Source of the DNA: Dehalococcoidia bacterium
GTDB lineage: Bacteria; Chloroflexota; Dehalococcoidia; GIF9; UBA5629
DNA: 55,950 bases
Direction of reading: 5' to 3'
Assembly: GCA_050011565.1 (NCBI GenBank)
Contig: JBEKIW010000007.1
Span: 1-55,950 of the forward strand
Positions 17,923-27,990 of this stretch are shown piece by piece; the stretch's first letter is position 1; the number at the start of each line of letters is the position of its first letter. The notes beneath the pieces were generated by a model. The model saw nothing but the letters and a program-made list of their open reading frames with translations, was not told where the DNA came from and ran no database searches. A program made the position numbers and the translations under genes.

Positions 17923-18864
17923 TTATCTGTGTTTAAGCAGTATGTCACTGACCTGTGCGGCGAAGGCTTCGCTCTCGGGGTCGCCGGTAACCAGTTGAAT
18001 TTCCTCAGGTGAGTTTATTCCCAGGCCCAGCTCAACGGCTCTGGTAATCTGCTCTTGTTCGAAGATGCGCCCCTGGCTTAGCTCGGGTGTGGTGCCGAAC
18101 AGCCGTAGTATGGCTACTCCAACGGCATCGATGGCAATTCGGTCGCTACCGGCTAAAATTACATTGGTCTTTACATGGGTACCCGTGGCCGGTCCACCCT
18201 GGGTGAAGGCATCAACGCCATCGAGTACCACCAGGTCCGGGGAGTAGGCGGTGTTGATTTCGGCGAGCATCTGTCGCATGTGCGGCGAAGTATGCAGTTC
18301 CTGCATATAGGGATAACCTTTACCGGCCACCATACCCACCGAGTTTTTAAGGGAAAGTGTGAAATGCCCGCCGAAGGCGTGCGACTTCAGGCAGCATGTC
18401 TGCACGATAGCTTCTGCCTCGGCATAAATGCGAGGGAAAAGAAAGCCGTCTTTCCAGTGGCTGTCCTCGGGATGAAAGTGGACCCAGCCATCGGCACCGA
18501 GCTCCTCAAGGTTAACGATGTCGAAGTCCAGCTCTTTAGCCAGTTCGAATACGCCTTTATCTTTCATCACCCGCTGTGTAGGTTCCATCGGCCCGCAGCG
18601 TTCGGCCAGAGTAACGCGTGTAGCCCCCAGTTGCTTCAAGGTTAGGACCAGAGCACGCAGTGTGTCGTTATGGGTAGAACCGGGAGTGGGGTCGGCGGTA
18701 TTGAAGTTGGGCTTGAGGACAACCGCTTTACCTTGTACCGGATTAGATTGGAGCAGAGCGATGGCCTTGGGCACGCCTTTCAGTCGGTCTGAGGTACGAA
18801 CCAGGCTGACATTGACCAGCAATTTCTCTTCCGCGCGCTGCTCAAATTTACTGTGGCTTGTCAC
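17923..18864 (-). CDS. DUF362 domain protein
   Basis: Motifs VVLKPNF, LKSH, TLSLKNSVG, GGP and DRIAIDA. Start moved to GTG 18864 because the track's start (18912) lies inside the predicted promoter. Confidence 0.85.
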   Translation of the reverse strand: MTSHSKFEQRAEEKLLVNVSLVRTSDRLKGVPKAIALLQSNPVQGKAVVLKPNFNTADPTPGSTHNDTLRALVLTLKQLGATRVTLAERCGPMEPTQRVMKDKGVFELAKELDFDIVNLEELGADGWVHFHPEDSHWKDGFLFPRIYAEAEAIVQTCCLKSHAFGGHFTLSLKNSVGMVAGKGYPYMQELHTSPHMRQMLAEINTAYSPDLVVLDGVDAFTQGGPATGTHVKTNVILAGSDRIAIDAVGVAILRLFGTTPELSQGRIFEQEQITRAVELGLGINSPEEIQLVTGDPESEAFAAQVSDILLKHR

Positions 18865-18898
18865 CTTCTTCACCTTTTCGAGTAGATTCGCTAAATAT

Positions 18899-18967
18899 AT
18901 TTTAGCTGACACGCGTCAGCGCGGTCAAAACATACATCTTGACAGGCGGTCGGGAAGCTAATAGGAT
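18899..18967. promoter_or_regulatory. Back-to-back divergent sigma70 promoters with a palindrome in one spacer
   Basis: Minus strand TTGACC-18-TAAAAT (18928-18899) has GCTGAC-N4-GTCAGC in its spacer. Plus strand TTGACA-17-TAGGAT (18939-18967). Confidence 0.65.
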
Positions 18968-18987
18968 TGATTATGGGAGGTGTTGGA

Positions 18988-19563
18988 ATGCGAAGAATCG
19001 CTCTGTTAGCCGTTAGTTTGCTTGCGTTGATATTATTTACTATCGCCGGCTGTGCCCGGTCGGTAGTGCAGGAGGAACCAATAATGTCTCAAGATAGGGA
19101 TACGGCATTGATGTTGACGAGTCCGGTTTTTGCGGGTGGGGGAGAAATTCCCGTCAAGTATAGCTGCGACGGGCAAAGCATATCGCCGCCACTCGATTGG
19201 GGCGATGGTCCGCCAGGTACAGCCTCGTTTGCCCTGATACTGGAGGACCCCGATGCGCCGGTGAAGAATTTCACACACTGGGTTATTTTCAACTTGCCGC
19301 TGGATTTGCCGGGATTGCCGGAAGCTGTACCGAAGGATGGCACGCTGGCCAGCGGAGCGTTGCAGGGGAAGAACGGGGGTGGGACCATCGGTTACATCGG
19401 TCCCTGTCCACCAAAGGGCTCTCCGCATCACTATTGCTTTACTTTATATGCCCTGGATAAATCTTTGGATTTAGGTGACGGCGCTACGAAGGACCAGGTG
19501 CTGCAGGCTATGGAAGGGCACATACTCAGCCAGAGCCAGCTCGTAGGCGTATACCAGCGATAG
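18988..19563 (+). CDS. YbhB/YbcL (PEBP/Raf kinase inhibitor-like) lipoprotein
   Basis: Lipobox IAGC, DPDAP..FTHWV, GYIGPCPP..HHY.FTLYALD. SD GGGAGG before ATG 18988. Confidence 0.92.
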   Translation: MRRIALLAVSLLALILFTIAGCARSVVQEEPIMSQDRDTALMLTSPVFAGGGEIPVKYSCDGQSISPPLDWGDGPPGTASFALILEDPDAPVKNFTHWVIFNLPLDLPGLPEAVPKDGTLASGALQGKNGGGTIGYIGPCPPKGSPHHYCFTLYALDKSLDLGDGATKDQVLQAMEGHILSQSQLVGVYQR

Positions 19564-19650
19564 ACAATAACGTGCGGAAAGTGCCGATAGCTACTACTAA
19601 AAGATTAGGCAGCATTGTACAATGTGTGCAGAAAAAAATAGGAGGTTAAA

Positions 19651-21087
19651 ATGGGACTAATTACACCAGAAGAATACAAGAAGAGCCTTAAAGACGGCAG
19701 AGTGGTTTACTACGAAGGTGAGAAAGTCGAGGATGTTACTACACATCCGGCGTTGAAGGTATGTGTGGAGACGGCGGCTATAGATTATAAGATGGCAGAG
19801 ATGCCGGAGTATAAAGATTTAGCTGTGGTTAAGCACCCGAAAACAGGCGAACCGATAAGCCGGTATTACTATACTCCCCAGAACGCCGAAGACCTGCTCA
19901 AAAGACACGAATTAATGGTAACGGCAACGCGGCTTGGTGGCAGCGTAATTCCTTTCATCCACGATATAGGCGCTGATACTTTGAATGCGGTGAATATAAC
20001 CGCCAAGATGATGGGTAAGAAGGAGTACACGGAGCGAGCCGAAAACTATCGATACTACCTGCAAAAAAATGATTTGAGTGCAGCTTCTGCCGTGACCGAT
20101 GTTAAGGGAGACAGAATGCTCCGGCCTTCTTCACCCAAGCAGGCTCATCCGGACTATTATGTCAGAGTCGTGGACAAGGATGACAAGGGGATTACCGTTA
20201 GAGGTGCTAAGGCGCACATCACTGCGTCTGCGTATTGTAAAGAGCTCTTCGTCATTCCCTGCCGGAACATGACCGAGGAGGACAAGGACTACGCGGTTGC
20301 CTTTGCCATTCCGGTAAACACCAAAGGGATTAAACAGATATGCCATCCCATCACCTGGAAGCTGGGCTCGCTGGAGTTTCCCATAGACCTGCCCATCAGA
20401 AATCATACTGACTCGCTCATTGTTTTCGACGATGTGTTTGTTCCGTGGGATAGAGTATTTCTTTGCGGAGAATACCAGTATGCCATAGCGCTGGTGTATA
20501 ACTTTGCCTACCTGCACCGGCATACGGCGGCCAGCTATAGAATACCTGTATCTGAGGCTATGCTCGGCGCCGCTCAAGCTATGGCCGAATACAACGGCAT
20601 AGACAAAATACCGCACATACGGGAGAAGATAACCAATCTCATAATCTATGTTGACACGCTGAAATCACTGGCCCGGGCTTCATGTATGGATTTTGTTACC
20701 CATGAAGGCATTCCCATACCAAATCCGGTAATTTCGAATATAGCTAAGTATCACTTTGCCGAAAATATACATAATTGCATCAAAGCCATCGAGGATATTG
20801 CCGGCGGGTTGCTCATAACCGTACCTACCTATAAGGACTATCAGAACCCGGAGACAAAGGGGTATATAGAAAAATATCTGGGCGGCAAGGCAGGTATACC
20901 TACCGAAGACAGGCTGAGGATGTTGCAGCTAATTCGGAGGCGTCTGGCAACGTTTGAGACGGAGGTCTTAGCCCTGCATGCCGAAGGCTCACTTCAGGCG
21001 CAGCGGATGACAATATATGCCGAGAGGATGTCCGAGGTTCAAAAGTACAAGCAGTGGGTCGAGATGGCTGCGGGGATAAAGAAGTAA
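19651..21087 (+). CDS. HpaB/AbfD-family flavoprotein lacking the Fe-S cysteines
   Basis: Motifs TDVKGDR, GAKAHIT, FDDVFVPWDRVF and HAEGS; no CxxRC or H..SY.GC motif. Confidence 0.85.
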   Translation: MGLITPEEYKKSLKDGRVVYYEGEKVEDVTTHPALKVCVETAAIDYKMAEMPEYKDLAVVKHPKTGEPISRYYYTPQNAEDLLKRHELMVTATRLGGSVIPFIHDIGADTLNAVNITAKMMGKKEYTERAENYRYYLQKNDLSAASAVTDVKGDRMLRPSSPKQAHPDYYVRVVDKDDKGITVRGAKAHITASAYCKELFVIPCRNMTEEDKDYAVAFAIPVNTKGIKQICHPITWKLGSLEFPIDLPIRNHTDSLIVFDDVFVPWDRVFLCGEYQYAIALVYNFAYLHRHTAASYRIPVSEAMLGAAQAMAEYNGIDKIPHIREKITNLIIYVDTLKSLARASCMDFVTHEGIPIPNPVISNIAKYHFAENIHNCIKAIEDIAGGLLITVPTYKDYQNPETKGYIEKYLGGKAGIPTEDRLRMLQLIRRRLATFETEVLALHAEGSLQAQRMTIYAERMSEVQKYKQWVEMAAGIKK

Positions 21088-21111
21088 TATTCCGAGAAGT
21101 TTATCCTGAGT

Positions 21112-21147
21112 GAGATTCTTCGGTCGCTTCGCTCCCTCAGAATGACA
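21112..21147 (-). repeat. TGTCATT-type short palindromic repeat (RPE/REP-like)
   Basis: Its reverse complement TGTCATTCTGAGGGAGCGAAGCGACCGAAGAATCTC nearly matches 38605-38640. Confidence 0.75.
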
Positions 21148-21156
21148 TAGAAGCCT

Positions 21157-22554
21157 TTATCGCAGCTTGCCGCGTGCCAATGAGGCGAAGATGCCGCCCA
21201 GGCACAGGACGGCGAAGATTATAAATGCTACATTCACGCTGCTGGTGAAGGCCGGGTAATATTGGGGCGTAATTTGTACATGGCCGATGTAAATACCGAA
21301 TATCAGCATTACCATGCCCATGCTGAACGTCATTCCAATCTGCCTCATGGTGGCTAAGGTTGCTGAAGCTACGCCGTAGAACCTCTTGTCTACAGAGCTC
21401 ATAACCGCGTTGGTATTGGGGGAGGAGAAGAAGGCAAAGCCGAGGCCGATAATAGCCAGACCAGCTACGATATACCACAGGTTTGTGGCGTTGTTTAAGA
21501 AAATGAAGAAGACAAGACCGACGACCGTCAGCCCCATGCCGGCTGAGGCTACAATTCGCGGCTCTATTCTGTCGGAAAGCCGGCCGGCAACAGGCGAAAA
21601 AGCAGCCTGCATAACCGGTGCGGCTATCAAGACCAGGCCGGCGTGCTCGGGGTTAAATCCTTTTATATACTGGAGGTAAAGGCTCAGGAGAAAGCTGACG
21701 GCGAAGGTGGCGCTGTAGTTAATCAAAGCCGCCACATTGGATAAGGCGAATACGGTGTTGTTTCGGAACAGACCGATGTCCAACACCGGGCTTTTCACTC
21801 TGGTTTCCCATATGATAAAGCCTGCAAACCCGGCGGCGCCGGCCAGAATCAAGACCACACCGACAATATCCGGCAGGCGGGTGAATCCATACATTATGGC
21901 TATGAGCATCAGGCTGTAGATTACGGAGCCGGCAACGTCGAATTTCTCTCCCCTGGCCTCAGCCCATTCTCCTTTTAGTTTCCAGAAGAGCAAAGCGATA
22001 ATCAGCAGGCACAAAGGTACGTTTACCCAGAAGATGCTTCTCCAGCCGAAATACTGCGTTAGCAGTCCACCCAGAAATGGCCCTAAAGAAAGTCCTATAT
22101 AAACGGCGGCGACATTTATTCCCAGTACCCTGCCCCTCTCGCTGGCCGGGAATACCGAAGTCAGTATGGCTACGGCGGTGCCGAAAATCATGGCAGCACC
22201 TATTCCCTGCAAGACCTGGACCGAGATAAGCATAGTAGCCGACGTTGAAATCGCTGAAAGCACAGAGGCAACGGCATAGACGAACACGCCTAAGGTAAAT
22301 ATCTTTTTCCTGCCATAGATATCAGCAATTCTGCCCAACGGGACGAGGAACATGGCGGCTGCCAGTAGATACGCCGTGGGCACCCAACCCAGCAGTATGG
22401 CGTTCATCGATAGTTGCTTTCCGATGGAGGGCAGCGCTATAGCGATGGAGGAGCCTAGAAACGGAGTCAGGAAAGAGCCTACTGTAGTCACCAGTAAGGC
22501 GGCCGGACGATTCGGCGCTTTCTCCGCTTCCGCACCAGTTTTCTGAATCTGCAT
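21157..22554 (-). CDS. MFS transporter, DHA2-like (14 TMS)
   Basis: Motif A GRIADIYGRKK, FPASERGRVLG, GPFLGG and FFSSPNT. Confidence 0.92.
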   Translation of the reverse strand: MQIQKTGAEAEKAPNRPAALLVTTVGSFLTPFLGSSIAIALPSIGKQLSMNAILLGWVPTAYLLAAAMFLVPLGRIADIYGRKKIFTLGVFVYAVASVLSAISTSATMLISVQVLQGIGAAMIFGTAVAILTSVFPASERGRVLGINVAAVYIGLSLGPFLGGLLTQYFGWRSIFWVNVPLCLLIIALLFWKLKGEWAEARGEKFDVAGSVIYSLMLIAIMYGFTRLPDIVGVVLILAGAAGFAGFIIWETRVKSPVLDIGLFRNNTVFALSNVAALINYSATFAVSFLLSLYLQYIKGFNPEHAGLVLIAAPVMQAAFSPVAGRLSDRIEPRIVASAGMGLTVVGLVFFIFLNNATNLWYIVAGLAIIGLGFAFFSSPNTNAVMSSVDKRFYGVASATLATMRQIGMTFSMGMVMLIFGIYIGHVQITPQYYPAFTSSVNVAFIIFAVLCLGGIFASLARGKLR

Positions 22555-22775
22555 GAATTCATAAATTCTACCATGTAGTTAATTAGAGATGGAAGTGAAT
22601 TAAAGCAAAAGTTAAAAATCAAAACTTAAATACTAAAATGGCAAGTGAAAATGTATGAATATTTCTATTCTGTCGGCCCGTCATCCAAATACAAACGAGG
22701 ACGACGGTCACCCGTAGGCGGGTGACCCGTAGTTAATTATATTGCGAGGTCATCCATCTCCAGATATCTGCAGAC

Positions 22776-22823
22776 TCGACCCTTTAGGGTCAAGTTCTGC
22801 GGGGCTAAAGCCGCGCAGCTACA
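22776..22823 (-). repeat. GTAG-type REP-like palindromes
   Basis: GACCCTTTAGGGTC and GCGGGGCTAAAGCCGCGCAGCTAC (terminal CTAC is GTAG on the minus strand). Confidence 0.55.
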
Positions 22824-22925
22824 TGTTCTTTTTAGAGAAAGGGCTCAGGTAAAAGTGATAAATTAAAATTGGTGTCCCGGGTGTGTGCTGTGATAAAATT
22901 TCAGCGGAAGGCGGAAGCATAAGCT

Positions 22926-23423
22926 ATGAGACGTTCGGCTGATGCCTACCTCGATATAGAGACCACAGGCTTATCAGCATTTTTTGACTATATCACCGTA
23001 GTCGGTATTCTCCGTTGCGATGGTAGCCAGGATGAGCTAATTCAGTTAGTCGGCGAAGAAGTAACCAGGGGCAACCTGATTACGGCTCTCAGGGACGTAA
23101 GAAATATCTATACCTATAACGGCGCCAGGTTCGACCTTCGCTTCATTTCAAATTCTCTGGGTATAGACCTTTCTGCACAATACTATCATCGTGACCTTAT
23201 GTATGACTGCTGGAGATGCAATTTATATGGTGGTTTTAAAGCCGTTGAGCGGCAGTTGGGCATTCCGCGGCGGCTGGTTGGAGTCAGCGGCTATGAAGCG
23301 GTGCAGCTGTGGTGGAGCTACGTGAAGGCTGGCAACCAAAGGGCACTGGCTACGCTTCTGGAATACAACAAGGAAGACGTAGTAAACCTCAAAGCACTGA
23401 GGGAGAGGCTTAGTTCGTTCTAA
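22926..23423 (+). CDS. RNase_H_2/YprB-like DEDD exonuclease
   Basis: Motifs YLDIETTG, TYNGARFD and YNKEDV. Confidence 0.88.
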   Translation: MRRSADAYLDIETTGLSAFFDYITVVGILRCDGSQDELIQLVGEEVTRGNLITALRDVRNIYTYNGARFDLRFISNSLGIDLSAQYYHRDLMYDCWRCNLYGGFKAVERQLGIPRRLVGVSGYEAVQLWWSYVKAGNQRALATLLEYNKEDVVNLKALRERLSSF

Positions 23424-23537
23424 GTATTGCCGCTGCAATGGTGTGGCTGGTTCTCTAAGGCGCTGCGAAAGCCGAAATCCTGATATTTAAATTCTAAGCC
23501 AATTCCAAGATTCTAATTGCTTTACAATATCCCATTT

Positions 23538-23560
23538 TGTCATTGCGAGCGAAGCCTGGC
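23538..23560 (+). repeat. Truncated TGTCATTGCGAGCGAAGC repeat
   Basis: 18 bp identical to 50692-50709. Confidence 0.65.
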
Positions 23561-23573
23561 TGGCAAAACATGC

Positions 23574-23978
23574 CTAACGTGAGCCGAGTTTGGCGTGTCT
23601 CCAGAGAATGAGGGAAGTTATCATTACTGCTATCCCAGTCACCATGGCAATGGTCAAGGCATATTCAGGCACCTCGATTCCGGTCACATTAAATATGGCA
23701 GTTCCCAGAAGTGACCTGGTTCGCAACCAGCTTTCGCTATTGTCATAAAGCCTTCTCATCATGTATTCCAAGTCGGTAATAGGACAGGACTTCAATATCC
23801 CCGTCGAGAGTGCCACCTGCAAGCCCACTGCTAGCGCAACGAAAACACAATAGAATATCTGCCAGTTGCGACGTTCTTTGAAGAAGCCTATGGCTAAAAG
23901 TACAACCGAAGTAGCAAAGAAGCCTATCAGGAGAAGATGTAGCCCTGTCACCACATCGGCAAGAATCTTCCAGAACAT
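23574..23978 (-). CDS. DUF2784-like membrane protein
   Basis: Motifs ILADVVTGLH and CPITDLE...R; three hydrophobic segments. Confidence 0.7.
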   Translation of the reverse strand: MFWKILADVVTGLHLLLIGFFATSVVLLAIGFFKERRNWQIFYCVFVALAVGLQVALSTGILKSCPITDLEYMMRRLYDNSESWLRTRSLLGTAIFNVTGIEVPEYALTIAMVTGIAVMITSLILWRHAKLGSR

Positions 23979-24123
23979 TGTATCCCAGCCAGCTTTGTGG
24001 CGAGTATATTTTATATTCAGTTCCGTGTCAACCTTGGGTAGTGGGTCAAAACATGCTTTCTGGTGGTATAATAGCTGGTTCGTGCTTTGGACACCTGTTT
24101 GAAGCTGGAAAAGAATTTTTATT

Positions 24124-25422
24124 TTGGCTACTGAGACGAAAACGAAGGGTTTTTACGGATGGTGGCTGCTATTTTTCCTGTGGATTGTTTATACCATCCC
24201 CATTGGATTTGCTTACTACAGCCCGGCAGTGATTTACCCGTTTATGATTCAGGGTATGGGATGGTCGCGCGGCGAGATAATGGTAGGCGCGATGGCACTG
24301 ATGCTCCTCTTTGGTATCAGCGCGCCGCTGAATGCCTGGATGATACGCCGTTTCGGCGCACGTGTTACGCTGGCTACAGGAGGAATCATTGTGGTCGTGG
24401 CCAGTACTTTGATGGGCTTATTGGGCCACATCTATTCGATGTTCATCGTTTTGTCTCTATTTATTGGCCTGGGGGCTGCGTTTGCCTCGATGATTCCCTG
24501 TCAAATGGTGATTATTTCCTGGTTTAATGCCCGGCGTGCCATGGCGATGGGACTGGTCCTGGGAGGTGGAGCTATCGGTGGTTTCCTGGCACCACAGCTT
24601 ATCAGCGCTGTTATTCGAAGTGCCGACGGTAACTGGCGAGTCGGCTGGTTTATTATTGCGGCGGCATCCGTTGCCGGGATAATTACAGCTTTAGCTACAG
24701 TGCGCAACTATCCATCAGATATGGGGCAATATCCTGACGGGCTGACTCCCTGCGAAGACGAAACAGTGGTTAGAGGTAGCAGCCGTGCGCCCCGGACGTA
24801 TCGCACAGCTGTTGATTGGACTGTGCGCGATGCTGTAAGGTCACGTTCATTATGGCTTTTAATCGTTGCCGTAGTTTTCAGCGCGTTTGTATGGCAGGTG
24901 ATTGTCACCCAGGGACCTCTTCACCTGCAAGACCGCGGTTTCGACCCGGGCATGGCAGCCTTTTTCTACAGCCTGGCTATCGGGTTAAGCATTGTCGGGC
25001 GTTTTACCATCGCTGCCCTGGGCGACATAATTGAACCGCGTTACTTATTTGCCGGCGGTATTTTCTTCATACTGCTGGGAGGGATACTGTTCTGGTTTGT
25101 TTCGCCTGCGGCCATGTGGATGGCTTATATTTATCCTTTGCTCGCCGGCTTTGGCTTCGGGCTGACCTATATCTGCCTGCCCACCATTATCGGCAACTAC
25201 TGGGGGGCCAGCGCTTTCGCCGGTATCAGGGGAATCGACTCACCGATTGAGCTGACTTCTGCTGCAGTAGTTGCGCCAATAGCGGGATTTTTCTATGACC
25301 TCCAGGGCAGCTATCTTACGGTTTTAATCATCTCATTGATAGCCGGGGTCGTTGGTCTGGTGGCGATTCTATTGTGCACACCGCCCAGGCCGAAAGAGGC
25401 GGGCACGACGGAAGCAGTTTAA
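24124..25422 (+). CDS. MFS transporter (OFA/YbfB-like)
   Basis: About 12 hydrophobic segments; motifs IRRFGAR, WFNARRAMAMG and YDLQGSY. Confidence 0.9.
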   Translation: MATETKTKGFYGWWLLFFLWIVYTIPIGFAYYSPAVIYPFMIQGMGWSRGEIMVGAMALMLLFGISAPLNAWMIRRFGARVTLATGGIIVVVASTLMGLLGHIYSMFIVLSLFIGLGAAFASMIPCQMVIISWFNARRAMAMGLVLGGGAIGGFLAPQLISAVIRSADGNWRVGWFIIAAASVAGIITALATVRNYPSDMGQYPDGLTPCEDETVVRGSSRAPRTYRTAVDWTVRDAVRSRSLWLLIVAVVFSAFVWQVIVTQGPLHLQDRGFDPGMAAFFYSLAIGLSIVGRFTIAALGDIIEPRYLFAGGIFFILLGGILFWFVSPAAMWMAYIYPLLAGFGFGLTYICLPTIIGNYWGASAFAGIRGIDSPIELTSAAVVAPIAGFFYDLQGSYLTVLIISLIAGVVGLVAILLCTPPRPKEAGTTEAV

Positions 25423-25452
25423 TCGCTTGTGTTTTAGGATAGCGTAAGCTTT

Positions 25453-25959
25453 TTATAGCCCTTTCTGCTTGTAGCCGCGGGCTAAGTCAGTGTAGGTAGC
25501 AGCGCCGAGATTCAGTTCGTTCTGTTGTTCTTCAGTTAGCTGGCTTTTCACGTGACCGGGCACGCCGATAACTACAGACCGCTCCGATATTTTTGTATTC
25601 GGTGGTATGAGGCAGCCGGCGCCGATGATGCAGTAGTCGCTGATTTCGGCACCGTCCAGGACGGTGGCGTTATTGCCAATCAGCACACTATTGCCCACCC
25701 GGCGACAGTGGACAACAGCGCCGTGTCCGATGACGTTGTTGTTGCCGATGGTGACATCGGTGGCGCCGTGAATGACCGAGTTGTCTTCAATGCTGGTATT
25801 ATGTCCGATGGTTATGTTGCCAAAATCCGCCCTGATTACGGCTCCCGGCCAGACGCTGGAGTTCTCCCCGATTTCCACATCGCCGACCACGTAGGCGGCT
25901 TCGCTGATAAATGCTGAAGCTGCTATCTTGGGACTTTTACCTTGGAAATCTCTTATCAT
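25453..25959 (-). CDS. Gamma-class carbonic anhydrase family protein (YrdA/PaaY-like)
   Basis: Hexapeptide repeats; GDVEIG.NSSVW..AVIRAD and the His ligands VIH, IGH and VVH. Confidence 0.92.
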   Translation of the reverse strand: MIRDFQGKSPKIAASAFISEAAYVVGDVEIGENSSVWPGAVIRADFGNITIGHNTSIEDNSVIHGATDVTIGNNNVIGHGAVVHCRRVGNSVLIGNNATVLDGAEISDYCIIGAGCLIPPNTKISERSVVIGVPGHVKSQLTEEQQNELNLGAATYTDLARGYKQKGL

Positions 25960-26027
25960 TTCCGGTGCCTCCTGATTTTAGTTATGTGGTTAGCTCTTTA
26001 TGATTAAAGGTCAGCCATTCACCGAAA

Positions 26028-27113
26028 TTATTGCCAGGCTCTCAACCTCTTAAAGGCGGATATTTTCTCACTATCGCCGACCTTAGCTTTCTCCAGCGCC
26101 TGGTGGAGAATTTCGATACTTTTGTCGTAATTTTCTTTGTCGACGGGGTAGGGGTGGCCATCTTTGCCGCCGTGGGCGAAGCTGTACCGTGCGGGGTCAC
26201 GAAGGCTGACGGGGACGTCATAGATAAGCTCCGATATCAGGCTCAGGGCGCGCAGGGTTTTGGGGCCGACTCCTTCTAGGCTTAATAGATTTTCAAAATT
26301 TTCCGGCTGGTGCTCGTAGGAGATTAAAAGCGTCTTATACAGGCGGTCGGGGTGTATATCATCGAGATTTAAATGATGGCGCGACGGCAGGTCCAGTGTC
26401 TTGAGCCTTTTTAGCTGGCTGATAATCTTTTCCGGTTTTTCTTCAATGGCAATCTGGGGGATGGTATGGCGTGCCGCTTCGCTCTCCGCGGCCACCAGGT
26501 TCAAGACTTCGCCTGTGGCTTGCGAGCAGATGGCGGAGTGAGGTTCGCAGACAAAATCGGACAAGTTTTCGCCCAGCCAATGATAACGTCGGGCATAACG
26601 GTTGCTCTCGTTCATGCCCTGCTGGACTACCGACCATGAGCCATCGGTGGTGAAAATGAAGACATGGTGGTAGAGCTGATAGCCGTCCTGAAGCGCTGAG
26701 TTGTCAACCTTGGCTGCCATTCGGCTGGCGTAGACCAGCGATGAGGAGTCCGATTTTAATAGATGGCCGACGCTTTCTATTTCGCTTGGAGTTTTCCTCG
26801 ACGTTCTGCCCTTGCCGCCGGCCACGAATAAGCCGAGGTCGGTTTCCAATCCCTTGATTCCTTCTTTAAGAGCGCCGCAGACGGTGGTGGTAACGCCGCT
26901 GGAATGCCAGTCGTAACCCAGGACGCAGCCGAATGCCTGGAACCAGAACGGGTCCGACAGGCGGCGGAGCATCTCCTCCGGCCCGAACTCGGCAGTGATG
27001 GCAATGGTTATTTCCCGGGCCAGTTTGGTCATGCGGTCGAATAGCCACCGCGGCGCCTTGCCGTAGTGCAACGGCAGATTGGCGGTACCGGTTCGTTGTG
27101 CTGAGTTGGTCAT
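26028..27113 (-). CDS. DUF763 family protein
   Basis: Motifs LPLHYGKAPRWL, RLSDPFWFQ, DWHSSG, KVDNSALQDGY.LYHH and FAHGGKDGHP. Its start overlaps the arsM stop (ATGA). Confidence 0.92.
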   Translation of the reverse strand: MTNSAQRTGTANLPLHYGKAPRWLFDRMTKLAREITIAITAEFGPEEMLRRLSDPFWFQAFGCVLGYDWHSSGVTTTVCGALKEGIKGLETDLGLFVAGGKGRTSRKTPSEIESVGHLLKSDSSSLVYASRMAAKVDNSALQDGYQLYHHVFIFTTDGSWSVVQQGMNESNRYARRYHWLGENLSDFVCEPHSAICSQATGEVLNLVAAESEAARHTIPQIAIEEKPEKIISQLKRLKTLDLPSRHHLNLDDIHPDRLYKTLLISYEHQPENFENLLSLEGVGPKTLRALSLISELIYDVPVSLRDPARYSFAHGGKDGHPYPVDKENYDKSIEILHQALEKAKVGDSEKISAFKRLRAWQ

Positions 27114-27943
27114 TTGCCGGGCTTTACCGCATGGACTTTTATGCTTTTGATTGAGCCGCCGAGCTTTTTCAAATCCGTCTGCGATATTCCCAAATCATTG
27201 ACCAGCGCCTCTATGGTAGGGTCTTTCACCGCGTAATCGCTTGGAAAAGACGTCTCGTCAACTATAGTTACTTCCTTGAATCCGGCAGCATTAATATTGT
27301 CCAGGTATTCATCTTTCATGGCGGCACCGGCTACGCAGCCGATATAAGCTGCCACGGACTTCTTTATGGAATCCGGAAGCTGACTCATTAAGACTATATC
27401 GGAGACCATTAATCTGCCGCCGGGTTTTAGCACCCGGAATGCCTCGCGGAAGACCCTGTCTTTTTCCGGCGACAGGTTGACCACGCAGTTGGAGATAATT
27501 ACATCAACGTAATTATCGGCTGTGGGCAGGTTTTCTATCTCGCCCAGCCTGAACTCTATGTTGTCATAGCCGCCCTGGCGGGCATTTTCCCGCGCTTTTT
27601 CAATCATTTCCGGCGTCATATCAACACCGATGACCTTGCCGGTTTTGCCGACAATATTAGCCGCCAGGAAGCAATCGAATCCGGCGCCGGAGCCGAGGTC
27701 CAGGACAACCTCGCCTTTTTTAAGAGAAGCCAGGGCCACGGGGTTGCCGCAGCCGAGGCCCAGATTAGCTCCTTCCGGGACCGATTCTATATCCTGGTCG
27801 CTATAGCCTATCCTTTTGCTGATGTCCGTGGCTACGTTTGATGAGCAGCCGCACGTACTTTGCGGTGCGCAGCAAGAGCTGCCGCTTTTAGCAACCTGGG
27901 CATAGCCTTCTCTGACAGCTTTTCTGACCTCTTCTTTTTTCAT
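27110..27943 (-). CDS. arsM: Arsenite S-adenosylmethionine methyltransferase
   Basis: N-terminal CC..CGC, LGLGCGNP, VLDLGSGAGFDC, IISNCVVNL and GCVAGA. Confidence 0.95.
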   Translation of the reverse strand: MKKEEVRKAVREGYAQVAKSGSSCCAPQSTCGCSSNVATDISKRIGYSDQDIESVPEGANLGLGCGNPVALASLKKGEVVLDLGSGAGFDCFLAANIVGKTGKVIGVDMTPEMIEKARENARQGGYDNIEFRLGEIENLPTADNYVDVIISNCVVNLSPEKDRVFREAFRVLKPGGRLMVSDIVLMSQLPDSIKKSVAAYIGCVAGAAMKDEYLDNINAAGFKEVTIVDETSFPSDYAVKDPTIEALVNDLGISQTDLKKLGGSIKSIKVHAVKPGK

Positions 27944-27990
27944 TTTCTGACCTCCGATTTTAAAAATTTAGTGAATTGGGGTGTCTTTTT

